A stretch of DNA of 64,000 nucleotides from positions 21,289 through 85,288 of the forward strand of contig JAZKDQ010000013.1 of assembly GCA_040387495.1 (NCBI GenBank). Reading direction: 5' to 3'. Shown here piece after piece: positions 38,648 through 48,504 of the stretch. This DNA is from Pseudomonadota bacterium (GTDB lineage Bacteria > Pseudomonadota > Alphaproteobacteria > Paracaedibacterales > CAIOTO01). The number at the start of each line of letters is the position of its first letter. Position 1 is the stretch's first letter. Under the pieces are notes generated by a model, which was not told the DNA's origin, did not search any database, and worked only from the letters and a program-made list of their open reading frames with translations. Made by a program: the position numbers and the translations under genes.

Positions 38648-40135
38648 CTATTTCTCGTAATTTGTTTCGATAAAGGCATCTAACAAACGCACACCAAATC
38701 CTGTTGCGCCTTTGCCCGTCAATGGCTTTTCTTTTTTATCCCATGCCATGCCAGCGATATCAAGGTGTGCCCATGGTACATTATTCACAAAACGCTGCAA
38801 GAATTGCGCAGCCGTAATACTACCCGCGCCACGACCTGAACCCACATTTTTCATGTCTGCGATATCAGAATCGATTTCTTTATCAAACGCTTTTGTTAGT
38901 GGAAAACGCCACAAAGGCTCACCAACCGTTGTACCAGTAGCGATCAACTTATCAGATAACGCATCATTGTTTGAGAAAATTCCCGCAAACTCGTGTCCCA
39001 CAGCAACTGTAATTGCACCCGTAAGCGTAGCCAAATCAATCATTGCTTGCGGCTTGAATCGATCTTGCGTGTACCAAAGTGCGTCTGCCAAAACCAAACG
39101 TCCTTCAGCATCGGTGTTCACAACTTCAATTGTTTGTCCTGACATCGATGTTACGACATCAGCAGGACGAACTGCAGAACCCGACGGCATGTTTTCAACC
39201 ATCCCCATCACACCCACAACGTTCATCTTTGCTTTGCGAAGCGCGAGTGTTTTCAGCAATCCCAATACAACGCCTGAACCGCCCATGTCGTATTTCATGT
39301 CTTCCATATTCGTAGAGGGCTTTAGGGAGATTCCACCGCTATCAAACGTCACACCTTTACCAACGATTGCGACTGGTGCCTCGCCTACCTTACCACCATT
39401 CCATTGAATGACAATCAGCTGTGATTCACGCGCACTTCCCTGCCCTACACACAGCAACGATCCCATACCAAGCGCCTTCATTTTAGCTTCATCGAGAACT
39501 TCAACCTTAAGCCCAAGTGATGTAAGCAACTTTGCTTGTTCAGCCATCGTTTCAGGATAAATCACATTTGGTGGTTCACTTACAACGTGACGCGTTAGGA
39601 AATTACCTTCATTTACGGCATGCAAACGTGCAAAAACAGCAGATGCTGCATCAGGTGCATTTGTGCGCGCAATTACATGTGTTGGCCCTTTTGGCTTATC
39701 TGTATCTTTTGTTTTATATTTATCAAAACGCCACGCGCGCAGTTCCATTCCGCTTACAAAACGTGCCAATCCATCAACACCAAGTGGTAACTCTGGCATA
39801 TCAACCGTGATTGTATCTTGCGTACTACGCGCAACAGCGGCAAATACCTTTGCGCCCGCTTCTTCAATTGATTGTGTCGTGACCTCAGCAGCTTTACCAA
39901 AACCAATCAAAATTATATGAGAATATTCAAGGCCTTGGGGAGCGGAAATCGATAAAACCTCATCTTGTTTCCCTTTGAATGACCCACCATCAATGACACG
40001 CTGAATATGATTTTGTGTTTGCGCATTAATCTCACTCGTGCGCGCGAATAACGTATTTCCCTCAAACGTGCCAAGGACAAGAACACCCTTTTGTGCTGAT
40101 TGAGTTGCTGCATTTGATTCAAAAGATACCTGCAT
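38648..40135 (-). CDS. pepA: Leucyl aminopeptidase (M17)
   Basis: 495-aa ORF with VGKGVTFDSGGISLKP, MKYDMGGSG and NTDAEGRLVLADAL. Confidence 0.95.
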   Translation of the reverse strand: MQVSFESNAATQSAQKGVLVLGTFEGNTLFARTSEINAQTQNHIQRVIDGGSFKGKQDEVLSISAPQGLEYSHIILIGFGKAAEVTTQSIEEAGAKVFAAVARSTQDTITVDMPELPLGVDGLARFVSGMELRAWRFDKYKTKDTDKPKGPTHVIARTNAPDAASAVFARLHAVNEGNFLTRHVVSEPPNVIYPETMAEQAKLLTSLGLKVEVLDEAKMKALGMGSLLCVGQGSARESQLIVIQWNGGKVGEAPVAIVGKGVTFDSGGISLKPSTNMEDMKYDMGGSGVVLGLLKTLALRKAKMNVVGVMGMVENMPSGSAVRPADVVTSMSGQTIEVVNTDAEGRLVLADALWYTQDRFKPQAMIDLATLTGAITVAVGHEFAGIFSNNDALSDKLIATGTTVGEPLWRFPLTKAFDKEIDSDIADMKNVGSGRGAGSITAAQFLQRFVNNVPWAHLDIAGMAWDKKEKPLTGKGATGFGVRLLDAFIETNYEK

Positions 40136-40576
40136 GTGTCAATTTTCCTAAAATTATTATGTATGAGTCATTATAAAGGGTGGGATTACGCTTTGCAAAT
40201 GGAGATGATTCGAACAAGAAAATGAGCTTTATGAAAGCGAACTATTACCAAAAAAAACAACCGATGCAATTTGATAATACAAGTGTTGCATCTTACATCC
40301 GATAAATAGTCCCACTATAGGACAGATGCTGACTTAATCATTAATTTGGAAAGGTGCCATCATTGGATTATGTAAACAGTTCTGCATTGTCATGTTCAAT
40401 TGAAATCATTCAATTTCACAAATAAAATGCGAGCGATCCATCCACCATTACTTTCACCAGATTGATAATATTTGCTTTCGTACATATTGATTAAAATATA
40501 TGATAAAACATTTGTATTGAACTATAATTCTTATTGCAATAGAATATAGTTAATAAATTCATCCATTAGCTGAAAA

Positions 40577-42133
40577 ATGAAGCTTTTTCGTTTCAAAATA
40601 TCTATTATAATTTTTTTATTAAATTTTTCTCTTATTACTAATGCTTCTACATTACCGCTTGAATACTCGAATGCATCTGAACATACAAAAACAAGTGCAA
40701 TCAATTCTATGCAAAAGAACTCCCTGATGGAAAAAGCCAAGCCAAATAGTACGGAGTCTCTCGATAACTTGGTTAATCTCAAACAGTCTAATAAAGAAGC
40801 ATCAAACTTTCCGAGATCAATAGTTTCTTTATTTCGAAAGGTCTGTTCTAATGGAAAGATAAAATACGAAGAATCTCAGGTTGCTACCGATGTAGCTCAA
40901 ACCAACCCTGCTAGTATAGATCAAGCCAAGTCTCTGGGTATAAAGCAAAGCAAACCTTTCAGTATGAATGAAAATGAAATAGCTTCTCTTGCTAATGAAC
41001 TTACTGAGAAAGATGAAGAAGAAACAAGAACGTCAGAACAAGCAGAGACTGTGAAATGCACATTTATTTTAATTGACGGCACAGTGGTTACCTGTACAAA
41101 TAGACTTATAATAGTCGATAGCACTGATTCAAAGATCAACCCTAACTATGAGGTATTTTTTCAAAAAGAAAAATATTCAGCCTCCACTTATTACTGGCCT
41201 TTTGATTATTTTAATGGCTATAAGTTGAAACATCCATTATATCTGGAAAAGGATATGGAGTCATCTGAAATTACTAATATCTTGATAAGATCAGGACTTT
41301 ACTCTGGCACGAAGAAGGAAGAATTTGCATACGCTGAAGCAAGCAAATGCTGGACGGGCAATTTTATCGTTCAGCCTGGAACAAGAAATGAAACCACTGT
41401 TACACGCGATCTCTATGAATTCATCCTTGATAAAGGTACCAGAAATGAACTCAAAACCGATGTCTTAACTATTAGGCGATCAATAACGCGGAATAATAAG
41501 ATAGTAGATATAGAATGGAAGATACCTCATGCATCAACTCAATCTGAAGTTTCAAGAGCACTCAAGCAAGCAATAGAAATAACCTTCCCTGAAATAAGAT
41601 ACAATGAACCTGTGAGAGATAATGAAGAGTTCACACTTCATTTAGAGGGTGGGTGTCATCTTTCCCGAGGAAAAGATCTAATTATAATAGACACAGGATC
41701 TCAAACACACAATCAAGTGAGTGAATCTCACATTAAACGGTATGTCAGAAAATACACATTTAACTATAATGATACTTCTTCAACTATTTATACACGATCA
41801 AAAAAATATGATATTATAAATGAATTAATCGCATTAGGTCTTTACCTAAATCCAACACCAGCAGAAAATAATTATTACCATTATAGTGCAAACTGGTGCT
41901 CCACGTTTCGTCTTATTGATGAATCAGAAATTAGGCATACTCCTTATTCAACTATTCATTCTAAAAATAGTAAAATTCATGAATACTCAGAAATTCATTT
42001 CAAAAACATAGGAGATATTGAATTAGACCATCCATTACATTTGAGACCAAAAATGTCATATGACCAATTTCTAACCGCGCTCATTGAAACAGGAGCTATT
42101 AACCCACTCCTGGTGAAGAAAAATATATATTAA
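40577..42133 (+). CDS. Secreted protein of unknown function with internally repeated ~110-aa modules
   Basis: 518-aa ORF with leader MKLFRFKISIIIFLLNFSLITNAS. Its modules begin (C/W)xTFxLxxG...LII(V/I)D and end (I/L)xxxLIxxGLY (ITNILIRSGLYSG; IINELIALGLYLN; FLTALIETGAINP). Very AT-rich. The stop overlaps the ubiG stop by 4 nt. Confidence 0.6.
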   Translation: MKLFRFKISIIIFLLNFSLITNASTLPLEYSNASEHTKTSAINSMQKNSLMEKAKPNSTESLDNLVNLKQSNKEASNFPRSIVSLFRKVCSNGKIKYEESQVATDVAQTNPASIDQAKSLGIKQSKPFSMNENEIASLANELTEKDEEETRTSEQAETVKCTFILIDGTVVTCTNRLIIVDSTDSKINPNYEVFFQKEKYSASTYYWPFDYFNGYKLKHPLYLEKDMESSEITNILIRSGLYSGTKKEEFAYAEASKCWTGNFIVQPGTRNETTVTRDLYEFILDKGTRNELKTDVLTIRRSITRNNKIVDIEWKIPHASTQSEVSRALKQAIEITFPEIRYNEPVRDNEEFTLHLEGGCHLSRGKDLIIIDTGSQTHNQVSESHIKRYVRKYTFNYNDTSSTIYTRSKKYDIINELIALGLYLNPTPAENNYYHYSANWCSTFRLIDESEIRHTPYSTIHSKNSKIHEYSEIHFKNIGDIELDHPLHLRPKMSYDQFLTALIETGAINPLLVKKNIY

Positions 42134-42852
42134 GCTAACCATCCAATATAGTTAATCGATAAATCTTTCGAAAATGACCATTGACGTGAGCAAGGGTTGA
42201 GGGATAATCCACGTAGTTCTTGCCACGTCAATCCTTCTGCTGCCACCATCTCAGCAATTTCACTTGGTTTTAAAAAACGATTCCACTCATGCGTACCGCG
42301 CGGCACCCAGCGCAAAATATACTCCGCACCTAAAATTGCGCCTAGATACGATTTTGGTGTGCGATTAATGGTGGATAAAATAATCCCTTTATTATCAGAA
42401 GCCAAGCTTTGCTTACATGCTGCCAAAAATGATGCAGGGTCAGGCACGTGTTCAATAATTTCCGATGCAATAACCAAATCAAAGCCCGCATTCCCACTTT
42501 GACTAAATTCTTCAATTGTCGTCTGTTTATAATTAATAGCCAGCCCCATCGTTTCCGCATGAGCACGCGCAGCCGTAATCGCACCTAAACTTGCATCAAT
42601 CCCCGTTACCTGTGCGCCCAAACGCGCCAAGGGTTCTGATAATATACCGCCACCACAACCAACATCGAGCACCCGCAAATCACGCACATCACCTACGCAG
42701 TCTGTAATGAACGAAATCCGAAGGGGATTCATCGCGTGGAGCAGATCAAACGGTCCGCCCGCGCTCCACCAAAAACTGGCATCGCTATCAAAGAGTTTAA
42801 TCTGCGCTGGGATGGCGTGATTAGTATTTTGGCTAGATGAGGTATAAATCAT
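42130..42852 (-). CDS. ubiG: Bifunctional 3-demethylubiquinol / 2-polyprenyl-6-hydroxyphenol O-methyltransferase
   Basis: 240-aa ORF with FWWSAGGPFDLLHAMNPLR, the SAM motif VLDVGCGGGILSEPLARLGAQVTGIDAS and ASEIIEHV. Confidence 0.92.
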   Translation of the reverse strand: MIYTSSSQNTNHAIPAQIKLFDSDASFWWSAGGPFDLLHAMNPLRISFITDCVGDVRDLRVLDVGCGGGILSEPLARLGAQVTGIDASLGAITAARAHAETMGLAINYKQTTIEEFSQSGNAGFDLVIASEIIEHVPDPASFLAACKQSLASDNKGIILSTINRTPKSYLGAILGAEYILRWVPRGTHEWNRFLKPSEIAEMVAAEGLTWQELRGLSLNPCSRQWSFSKDLSINYIGWLA

Positions 42853-42922
42853 TTACATTAATCAAAGTAATCAAGAGCTAGCTCATCATATGCCACATTG
42901 AAATATACCTCAATACATCTAT

Positions 42923-44185
42923 CTAAAGCGTGCCGCCTCTTTCAATCAAAAAGTCTCTAAGTTGAATTGCACCTATCTTGTGCGCAAATTGGGCAGCAGT
43001 TCTTAACTCAGGATGATATTTAGAAGCTCCTGTGTCTCTAATAGAGTCAATCGGCACGTGTGCTTCGTCTGCAAGAAATCTAAACATAGGTAAATATTCT
43101 AGAGACCTCTCCTCCATTGAACCATATGCATCTCTCATCTTTGCTAAAATACGATGTAATATTAAAGGTTCTTGATCATGTGTTGCAGGCATCCTACGCT
43201 CACCCATTGCATTTATGATAACACCAAGTTTTGCTTTCAGCTCTAAGATTTCACGGGTATCACTCGTAATTGTGTGCGTCATAACCTTCCCCGTGTTAAG
43301 CAAAAAACGTGCAAGCACAAGGTCATTTCTTTCACACGCTTCTGAGAAAGGTGTAGAGCCAAATCTATCTCTCTCATTCACATCAGCTTCGTTTTGAAGA
43401 AGAAAATTTATTGCATCTAAAGACATTTTTCCATTTTTACATGCAACACGAAGCGGCGTATGACCATTATCATCTTTCACATTAATACCAATTTTTTTAG
43501 CTAAATCTGGCAGTTGATCTTCTTTTTCACCGCTTGAACATATGTCAAAAAGCTGCATTTTGTTTATACAATAAATACGTGAATTTACATCTGGGAGAGG
43601 AGCGAGGCTGCCGATATAGCTGGCTCGATGATACTTACTTGAAGTGGAAAAAATTGTTTTTTCTATTTCCTCGTTTGAGTTTAAATCTTTAATAAAAGCA
43701 TCAATATCAAGCAAAGGTAATTCCAATCTTACAAGTGCCTGCAACATGTATGCCCTACCCTCTTCGTCTATGCTTCCTTTTCTATCTTTTAAACCCTCTG
43801 ACAAAAGAATAGCGTACTTTATTAAAGAAGGACGTTCAATGGTTGGTGTCTTAAGCAAGTTCATAACAACTTCAGCTTTTTCTGTCCCTGATTCTTGATA
43901 TATTTCATTTGCTTGATCAAGCAGCTCCTTTTTTTGTGCCTCAGTGTAATGTTGAATTCCCGCTTTAATTTCATCTTTATAATGGTTATAATACTTAGGA
44001 ACTATTGCCAATAAAGGTTCTTCATAATTAAATAAACTATTGGCATTACTATTAATAGAATCTACCCCCCTCCGAGAATCATCCCTTCCCTCTTTTTCTT
44101 CCGCCGCATAAGCAATTGAAAATGCAGGTAATACTATACACAAAAGTGCTTTTAAAGGTTTCATTTTTTTTATCCTTTTTAACAT
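42923..44185 (-). CDS. Ankyrin-repeat protein with an N-terminal leader
   Basis: 420-aa ORF with leader MKPLKALLCIVLPAFSIAYA after MLKRIKK. ANK repeats include DDNGHTPLRVACKNGKMSLDAINFLLQNEADVNERDRFGSTPFSEACERNDLVLARFLLNTG. Confidence 0.85.
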   Translation of the reverse strand: MLKRIKKMKPLKALLCIVLPAFSIAYAAEEKEGRDDSRRGVDSINSNANSLFNYEEPLLAIVPKYYNHYKDEIKAGIQHYTEAQKKELLDQANEIYQESGTEKAEVVMNLLKTPTIERPSLIKYAILLSEGLKDRKGSIDEEGRAYMLQALVRLELPLLDIDAFIKDLNSNEEIEKTIFSTSSKYHRASYIGSLAPLPDVNSRIYCINKMQLFDICSSGEKEDQLPDLAKKIGINVKDDNGHTPLRVACKNGKMSLDAINFLLQNEADVNERDRFGSTPFSEACERNDLVLARFLLNTGKVMTHTITSDTREILELKAKLGVIINAMGERRMPATHDQEPLILHRILAKMRDAYGSMEERSLEYLPMFRFLADEAHVPIDSIRDTGASKYHPELRTAAQFAHKIGAIQLRDFLIERGGTL

Positions 44186-44570
44186 TAATTTTATTTAATG
44201 ATTATCTATTATTATACAGTTAAGTTTTTTATTATCAGTTTAAAAAGTTTTCATATCTTTCCCAAGACAAATGTTAATTTAATATTAAAGTAATTGATAA
44301 ACTCACTTTCTTATATAGGTTTATTTTAAAAAAACAAGTAGAAAAAGATTATTTTAACAACCTGAATGATACTTCATTTAAGCTAGAGCCCTCACACAGG
44401 GATTATATTTGTCATGGCTAAAGATAACCATATGCCTGACCGTGCAAATTAACAATAAGGAATTAGGGTGTTCCTTTGCGATTTTCCACTCGAAGTTCGT
44501 CAAAAGCTACTCCATAAATAAGCGGCATCAGCCTAATGCGATAGTTTTTTTATAACCGCCACCCCTTAAA

Positions 44571-45410
44571 ATGTTAATGTGGTACACAGGAGTGCATATC
44601 ATGAAAATTCTCAAATACTTTTTTGGCATTTTAATCAATCTTGATCTCATTTTAATTACCACACTGATCGCAATGGCTTTTTTTCCACACAAAGTATCAA
44701 CTCTCTCTCAATGCATTGCTTTGGCTGCAATATTTATCCTATTAATTCCACTGACACGCCTACTATTTCATAAATTTGAATACGCTTTTAAAGTGCCTCA
44801 GCAATTTCCAGCAGAAGCAAAAGGTCTTATTTTATTAGGAGGCACCTTTAATTTTATGTCATCCGCAGGGGTAGAAAAAATTACTGAGAAAAGTCCCATG
44901 ATTAAAGCTCCGCGCATTGATCGGCCTCAAGATAACCCTGCAGCAGGGCGCCTCATTGAATTTATCACCCTGGCGCAGAGACACCCTGATTTGCCCATTC
45001 TTATTACGGGAACACCATATGAATCAGCGTGGACACAACAAATTTTCAATGAAGTCGGTATTGATCCCAAGCGTGTAATAATTGAAAATGCATCCTATAA
45101 TACGGTTGATAATGCGGTAAATTCATACGACATCGTTAAACCAAAGACAAAGGATCAATGGATTTTAGTCACATCAGCATTCCATATACCGCGTTCATAT
45201 AATGTTTTCACACATGCCGGATGGAACATTATTCCATACCCTGTTGATTTCCATACGCCACGTCATTGGACATGGCAGAACTTTTTTCTAGCGACATTGG
45301 ATCGATTAAATTTATATATGTGGAGCAAACTTATGCAAGAAATTGCTGGCATGGTAAATTACAAACTTGAGGGTAAAACAGCCACTTTCTGGCCTACAAA
45401 AGCAACATGA
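44571..45410 (+). CDS. DUF218 (ElyC/SanA/YdcF-like) membrane protein
   Basis: N-terminal TM segments and a C-terminal ILVTSAFHIPRS motif typical of DUF218. The true start may be ATG 44601 (MKILKYFFG). Confidence 0.72.
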   Translation: MLMWYTGVHIMKILKYFFGILINLDLILITTLIAMAFFPHKVSTLSQCIALAAIFILLIPLTRLLFHKFEYAFKVPQQFPAEAKGLILLGGTFNFMSSAGVEKITEKSPMIKAPRIDRPQDNPAAGRLIEFITLAQRHPDLPILITGTPYESAWTQQIFNEVGIDPKRVIIENASYNTVDNAVNSYDIVKPKTKDQWILVTSAFHIPRSYNVFTHAGWNIIPYPVDFHTPRHWTWQNFFLATLDRLNLYMWSKLMQEIAGMVNYKLEGKTATFWPTKAT

Positions 45411-45928
45411 AAATTACCCCCCTCATGCGACCATTCTTTGAACAATCAACATTAACCGTTGCCGAAGATCTTTTGGGCAAGCTGTTGGTTTTTAATGGTT
45501 TTAGGGGGATTATTACCGAAACCGAGGCTTATATTGGCAAAGATGATCCTGCATGCCATGCCGCACGGGGCCGAACACCGCGCACAGAAATTATGTTTGG
45601 GCCAGCGGGTCATAGCTATGTGTATTTCATTTATGGTATGTATCATTGCTTAAACTTTGTAACTGAAACTATTGATTTTCCCGCGGGTGTTTTGATTCGA
45701 TCAATTAAACTTATCGAACCTGAATCCATTGTATTAAATGGGCCAGGGAAGTTATGTCGCCATTTGGGCATAACACGCGAACACTATGGATTAGATATCG
45801 TAAATTCGAGCGATTTTTTTGTGGCTGATGTGGGTTTAAAATATGCTGCGTTAACAACTCCTCGCATTGGCATTAAACAAGGTGCTGATAAATTATGGCG
45901 GTTTCTTGCCCAGGATCGTATAAAATAA
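45407..45928 (+). CDS. DNA-3-methyladenine glycosylase (MPG/AAG family)
   Basis: 173-aa ORF with VAEDLLGKLL, ITETEAYIGKDDPACHA and GPAGHSYVYFIYGMYHCLNFVT. It overlaps the upstream gene by 4 bp. Confidence 0.9.
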   Translation: MKITPLMRPFFEQSTLTVAEDLLGKLLVFNGFRGIITETEAYIGKDDPACHAARGRTPRTEIMFGPAGHSYVYFIYGMYHCLNFVTETIDFPAGVLIRSIKLIEPESIVLNGPGKLCRHLGITREHYGLDIVNSSDFFVADVGLKYAALTTPRIGIKQGADKLWRFLAQDRIK

Positions 45929-46009
45929 ATGGATATTCTTTTCCATTTCATTTTATCAAAAGCTAATCCATAATAGGCCCCAATAGTAAATAAAACGATA
46001 TCCAATTTC

Positions 46010-47221
46010 GTGGCGCGATACGTTGTAAAATTTGGTGGCACTTCGGTTGGAAACATCGATCGTATTCAGCATGCAGCGGGCATTGTTGCTGAACTTGTCA
46101 ATGCTGGGCATGAAATTGCCGTAGTTGTATCTGCGATGGCAGGTATGACGAACCAACTTGCGGCTTATGCAAATTCACTCAGCGCAGAATATACTCCCGG
46201 ACAAACCTCTGAACATGATGTTGTAACTGCAAGTGGCGAGCAAATTACTGCCGGCCTTATGGCGCTTGCTCTTCAAAAACGTGGTATTAAGGCACAATCA
46301 TTTTTGGCTTGGCAGGTTGCCATCGAAACAGATGCTAATCATGGCGATGCTCAAATTACAAACATCAACGCAGATCAATTACAAAGCTGTTTTGCGCGCG
46401 GCATTATTCCCGTTGTCGCAGGTTTTCAAGGTCTTACAGCCCACAATCGCCTTACAACACTGGGGCGCGGTGGATCTGACATCACAGCTGTTGCACTGGC
46501 TGCAGCCGTTAGCGCTGATTCATGTTATATTTACACCGACGTAGAGGGTGTTTATACAGCTGATCCCCGTATTATACCGGATGCACGCAAAATTGATGTA
46601 ATCAGCTACCCAGCAATGCTGGCGCTTTCCACCCATGGCGCAAAAGTTCTTCATGCACGATGTGTAGAGCTTGGCATGCAACATAGTATTGATCTTCATG
46701 TACGCTCAAGCTTTGTCTTTGCTACAGGCACACGCATTATCGCCGGGAAATGCACACGTAAAATCGATGGTATCGCACATAGTTTAAACGAAATTTACAT
46801 CACTATCAGTGGCACAGCTGAACAATTAGAAAACGCATGCAACGCATTTACGGCCGCAGGCTTAATCCTGGATATGGTGACGCATGTTACGCCTAAAACC
46901 CTACATCTCACCGTCAATAAAGCTAACCATGCACGTGCAAAAGTAATTTTGGCTGAATTAAAATCAACATTTGAGCTTGATACACTTGCTATTGATCCCA
47001 ATATCGTTAAAATATCCATTGTTGGTGCTGGTATAATGCACGATCTGACGATAGAAGCTTTTGCACACAAGATACTTGCCACCCATCAGATTAGTGTGCA
47101 CCTAGCGGCACGCTCCGATATTCAACTAAGCCTTGTGATTGCGCATGATCAAATGACAAAAGCAATGAGTGTTTTGCATGACGCATTGATTATAAACAAC
47201 CTAAATGAACCACTAAATTGA
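46010..47221 (+). CDS. lysC: Aspartate kinase
   Basis: 403-aa ORF with a GTG start. It has VVKFGGTSVG, VVVSAMAGMTN, LGRGGSDITAVALA and tandem ACT-like C-terminal regions. Confidence 0.93.
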   Translation: MARYVVKFGGTSVGNIDRIQHAAGIVAELVNAGHEIAVVVSAMAGMTNQLAAYANSLSAEYTPGQTSEHDVVTASGEQITAGLMALALQKRGIKAQSFLAWQVAIETDANHGDAQITNINADQLQSCFARGIIPVVAGFQGLTAHNRLTTLGRGGSDITAVALAAAVSADSCYIYTDVEGVYTADPRIIPDARKIDVISYPAMLALSTHGAKVLHARCVELGMQHSIDLHVRSSFVFATGTRIIAGKCTRKIDGIAHSLNEIYITISGTAEQLENACNAFTAAGLILDMVTHVTPKTLHLTVNKANHARAKVILAELKSTFELDTLAIDPNIVKISIVGAGIMHDLTIEAFAHKILATHQISVHLAARSDIQLSLVIAHDQMTKAMSVLHDALIINNLNEPLN

Positions 47222-47230
47222 GAGAACCAA

Positions 47231-48259
47231 ATGACCATAACTGCAGATAGAACATTAAAAAACCTATGGCAAAAAGGATGTGACTTTTTAGGATGCGAAC
47301 ATGCCATTTTGGGTGGCGCTATGACATGGGTCTCAAACGCAAGCCTGGTCGCATCGATCTCGAACGCAGGGGGGTTTGGTGTGGTAGCCTGCGGCGCCAT
47401 GACGCCTGACATTCTCGATGCAGAAATTACAAAAACAAAAGCACTTACAAACAAACCGTTTGGCGTTAATTTAATTACATTGCACCCAATGCTACATGAT
47501 CTGATTGATGTGGTTGGTAAGCATAAAATTGGTCACGTTGTGCTGGCCGGTGGATTACCAACAAATGAATCAATCGAACGCATTAAAGGCTACGGCTGTA
47601 AAGTTATTGGTTTTGCACCAGCGTTGATCATTGCAAAAAAACTACAACGATCAAATGTAGATGCTATCGTAATCGAAGGCGCTGAAGCCGGTGGACATAT
47701 CGGTCCCGTTTCGACCAGTGTTCTTGCACAAGAAATTTTACCATATATTCGTGATATCCCTGTGTTTGTGGCTGGTGGTATTGGTCGCGGTGAAGCAATC
47801 GTGTCATATCTTCAAATGGGTGCAGCGGGTTGCCAATTGGGCACGCGTTTTGTGTGTGCTAATGAATCACCTGCACATGCCAACTTTAAGAAAGCCTTTA
47901 TCCGTGGTAATGCCCGCGACGCCATCGCATCAATACAGCTCGACCCACGTTTTCCTGTAATTCCGGTGCGCGCCCTTGTGAATCAAGCCAGTAAACGCTT
48001 TGCTGAATGCCAAGCTGAAATTATTGCGCGTTTTGACCGCGGTGAAGTTGAACTCAAAGCAGGTCAATTGGAAATCGAACATTTCTGGGCAGGTGCATTG
48101 CGCCGCGCTGTAATGGATGGCGATATTGAAAATGGCTCAATCATGGCTGGACAAAGTGTTGGCATGGTCACAAAAGAACAACCCACGCAAGAAATCATTG
48201 ATGAGTTGATAGCACAAGCGCATGACCATATTTGCCAGCAAAATCAACGATTCGGGTAG
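47231..48259 (+). CDS. Nitronate monooxygenase-family FMN oxidoreductase (FabK-like)
   Basis: 342-aa ORF with ILGGAMTWVSNASLVASISNAGGFGVV, EGAEAGGHIG and VAGGIGRGEAI. Confidence 0.85.
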   Translation: MTITADRTLKNLWQKGCDFLGCEHAILGGAMTWVSNASLVASISNAGGFGVVACGAMTPDILDAEITKTKALTNKPFGVNLITLHPMLHDLIDVVGKHKIGHVVLAGGLPTNESIERIKGYGCKVIGFAPALIIAKKLQRSNVDAIVIEGAEAGGHIGPVSTSVLAQEILPYIRDIPVFVAGGIGRGEAIVSYLQMGAAGCQLGTRFVCANESPAHANFKKAFIRGNARDAIASIQLDPRFPVIPVRALVNQASKRFAECQAEIIARFDRGEVELKAGQLEIEHFWAGALRRAVMDGDIENGSIMAGQSVGMVTKEQPTQEIIDELIAQAHDHICQQNQRFG

Positions 48260-48276
48260 TTATACTTTATTCATGC

Positions 48277-48317
48277 AAGTAGCAGGCATAAGAAAAGAAT
48301 TCTTAAGTCTGCTACTT
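48277..48317 (+). terminator. Strong hairpin after 47231-48259 (terminator candidate without a T-tract)
   Basis: AAGTAGCAG (48277-48285) pairs perfectly with CTGCTACTT (48309-48317). The loop contains the AAGAATTCTT palindrome. There is no U-run. Confidence 0.35.
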
Positions 48318-48504
48318 TAGAATTCTCAAAAAACAGAACGGCAAAGGGGAATTTTCATTAAACTGTTTCAGCATTCTCATTATCACATTAACATTGTGTT
48401 AATACACAAGATGATACACTATTCATTATATAAGTATTTATATTTTATTGCAAACGTTGATCTACCTGTTGAAAAACAATTAATATGTCAAACGGAGCTA
48501 TTTT

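Noticed and set aside
38712-39407. 231-aa + strand ORF and other long antisense ORFs inside conserved genes (e.g. 9492-9851, 25703-26119, 31172-31534, 4633-5013)
   Set aside because: All are fully nested antisense to genes with clear homology and have low-complexity or implausible composition. They are shadow ORFs.
48420-48504. Possible histidine-kinase 3'-end duplicate upstream of 48505-49353 (gcaaacg--ttgatctacctgttg vs gcgacgtcgttgattgaaccgttg)
   Set aside because: About 17 of 24 nt match with a gap, and the flanks are weak. It is suggestive given the architecture but not strong enough to claim without statistics.
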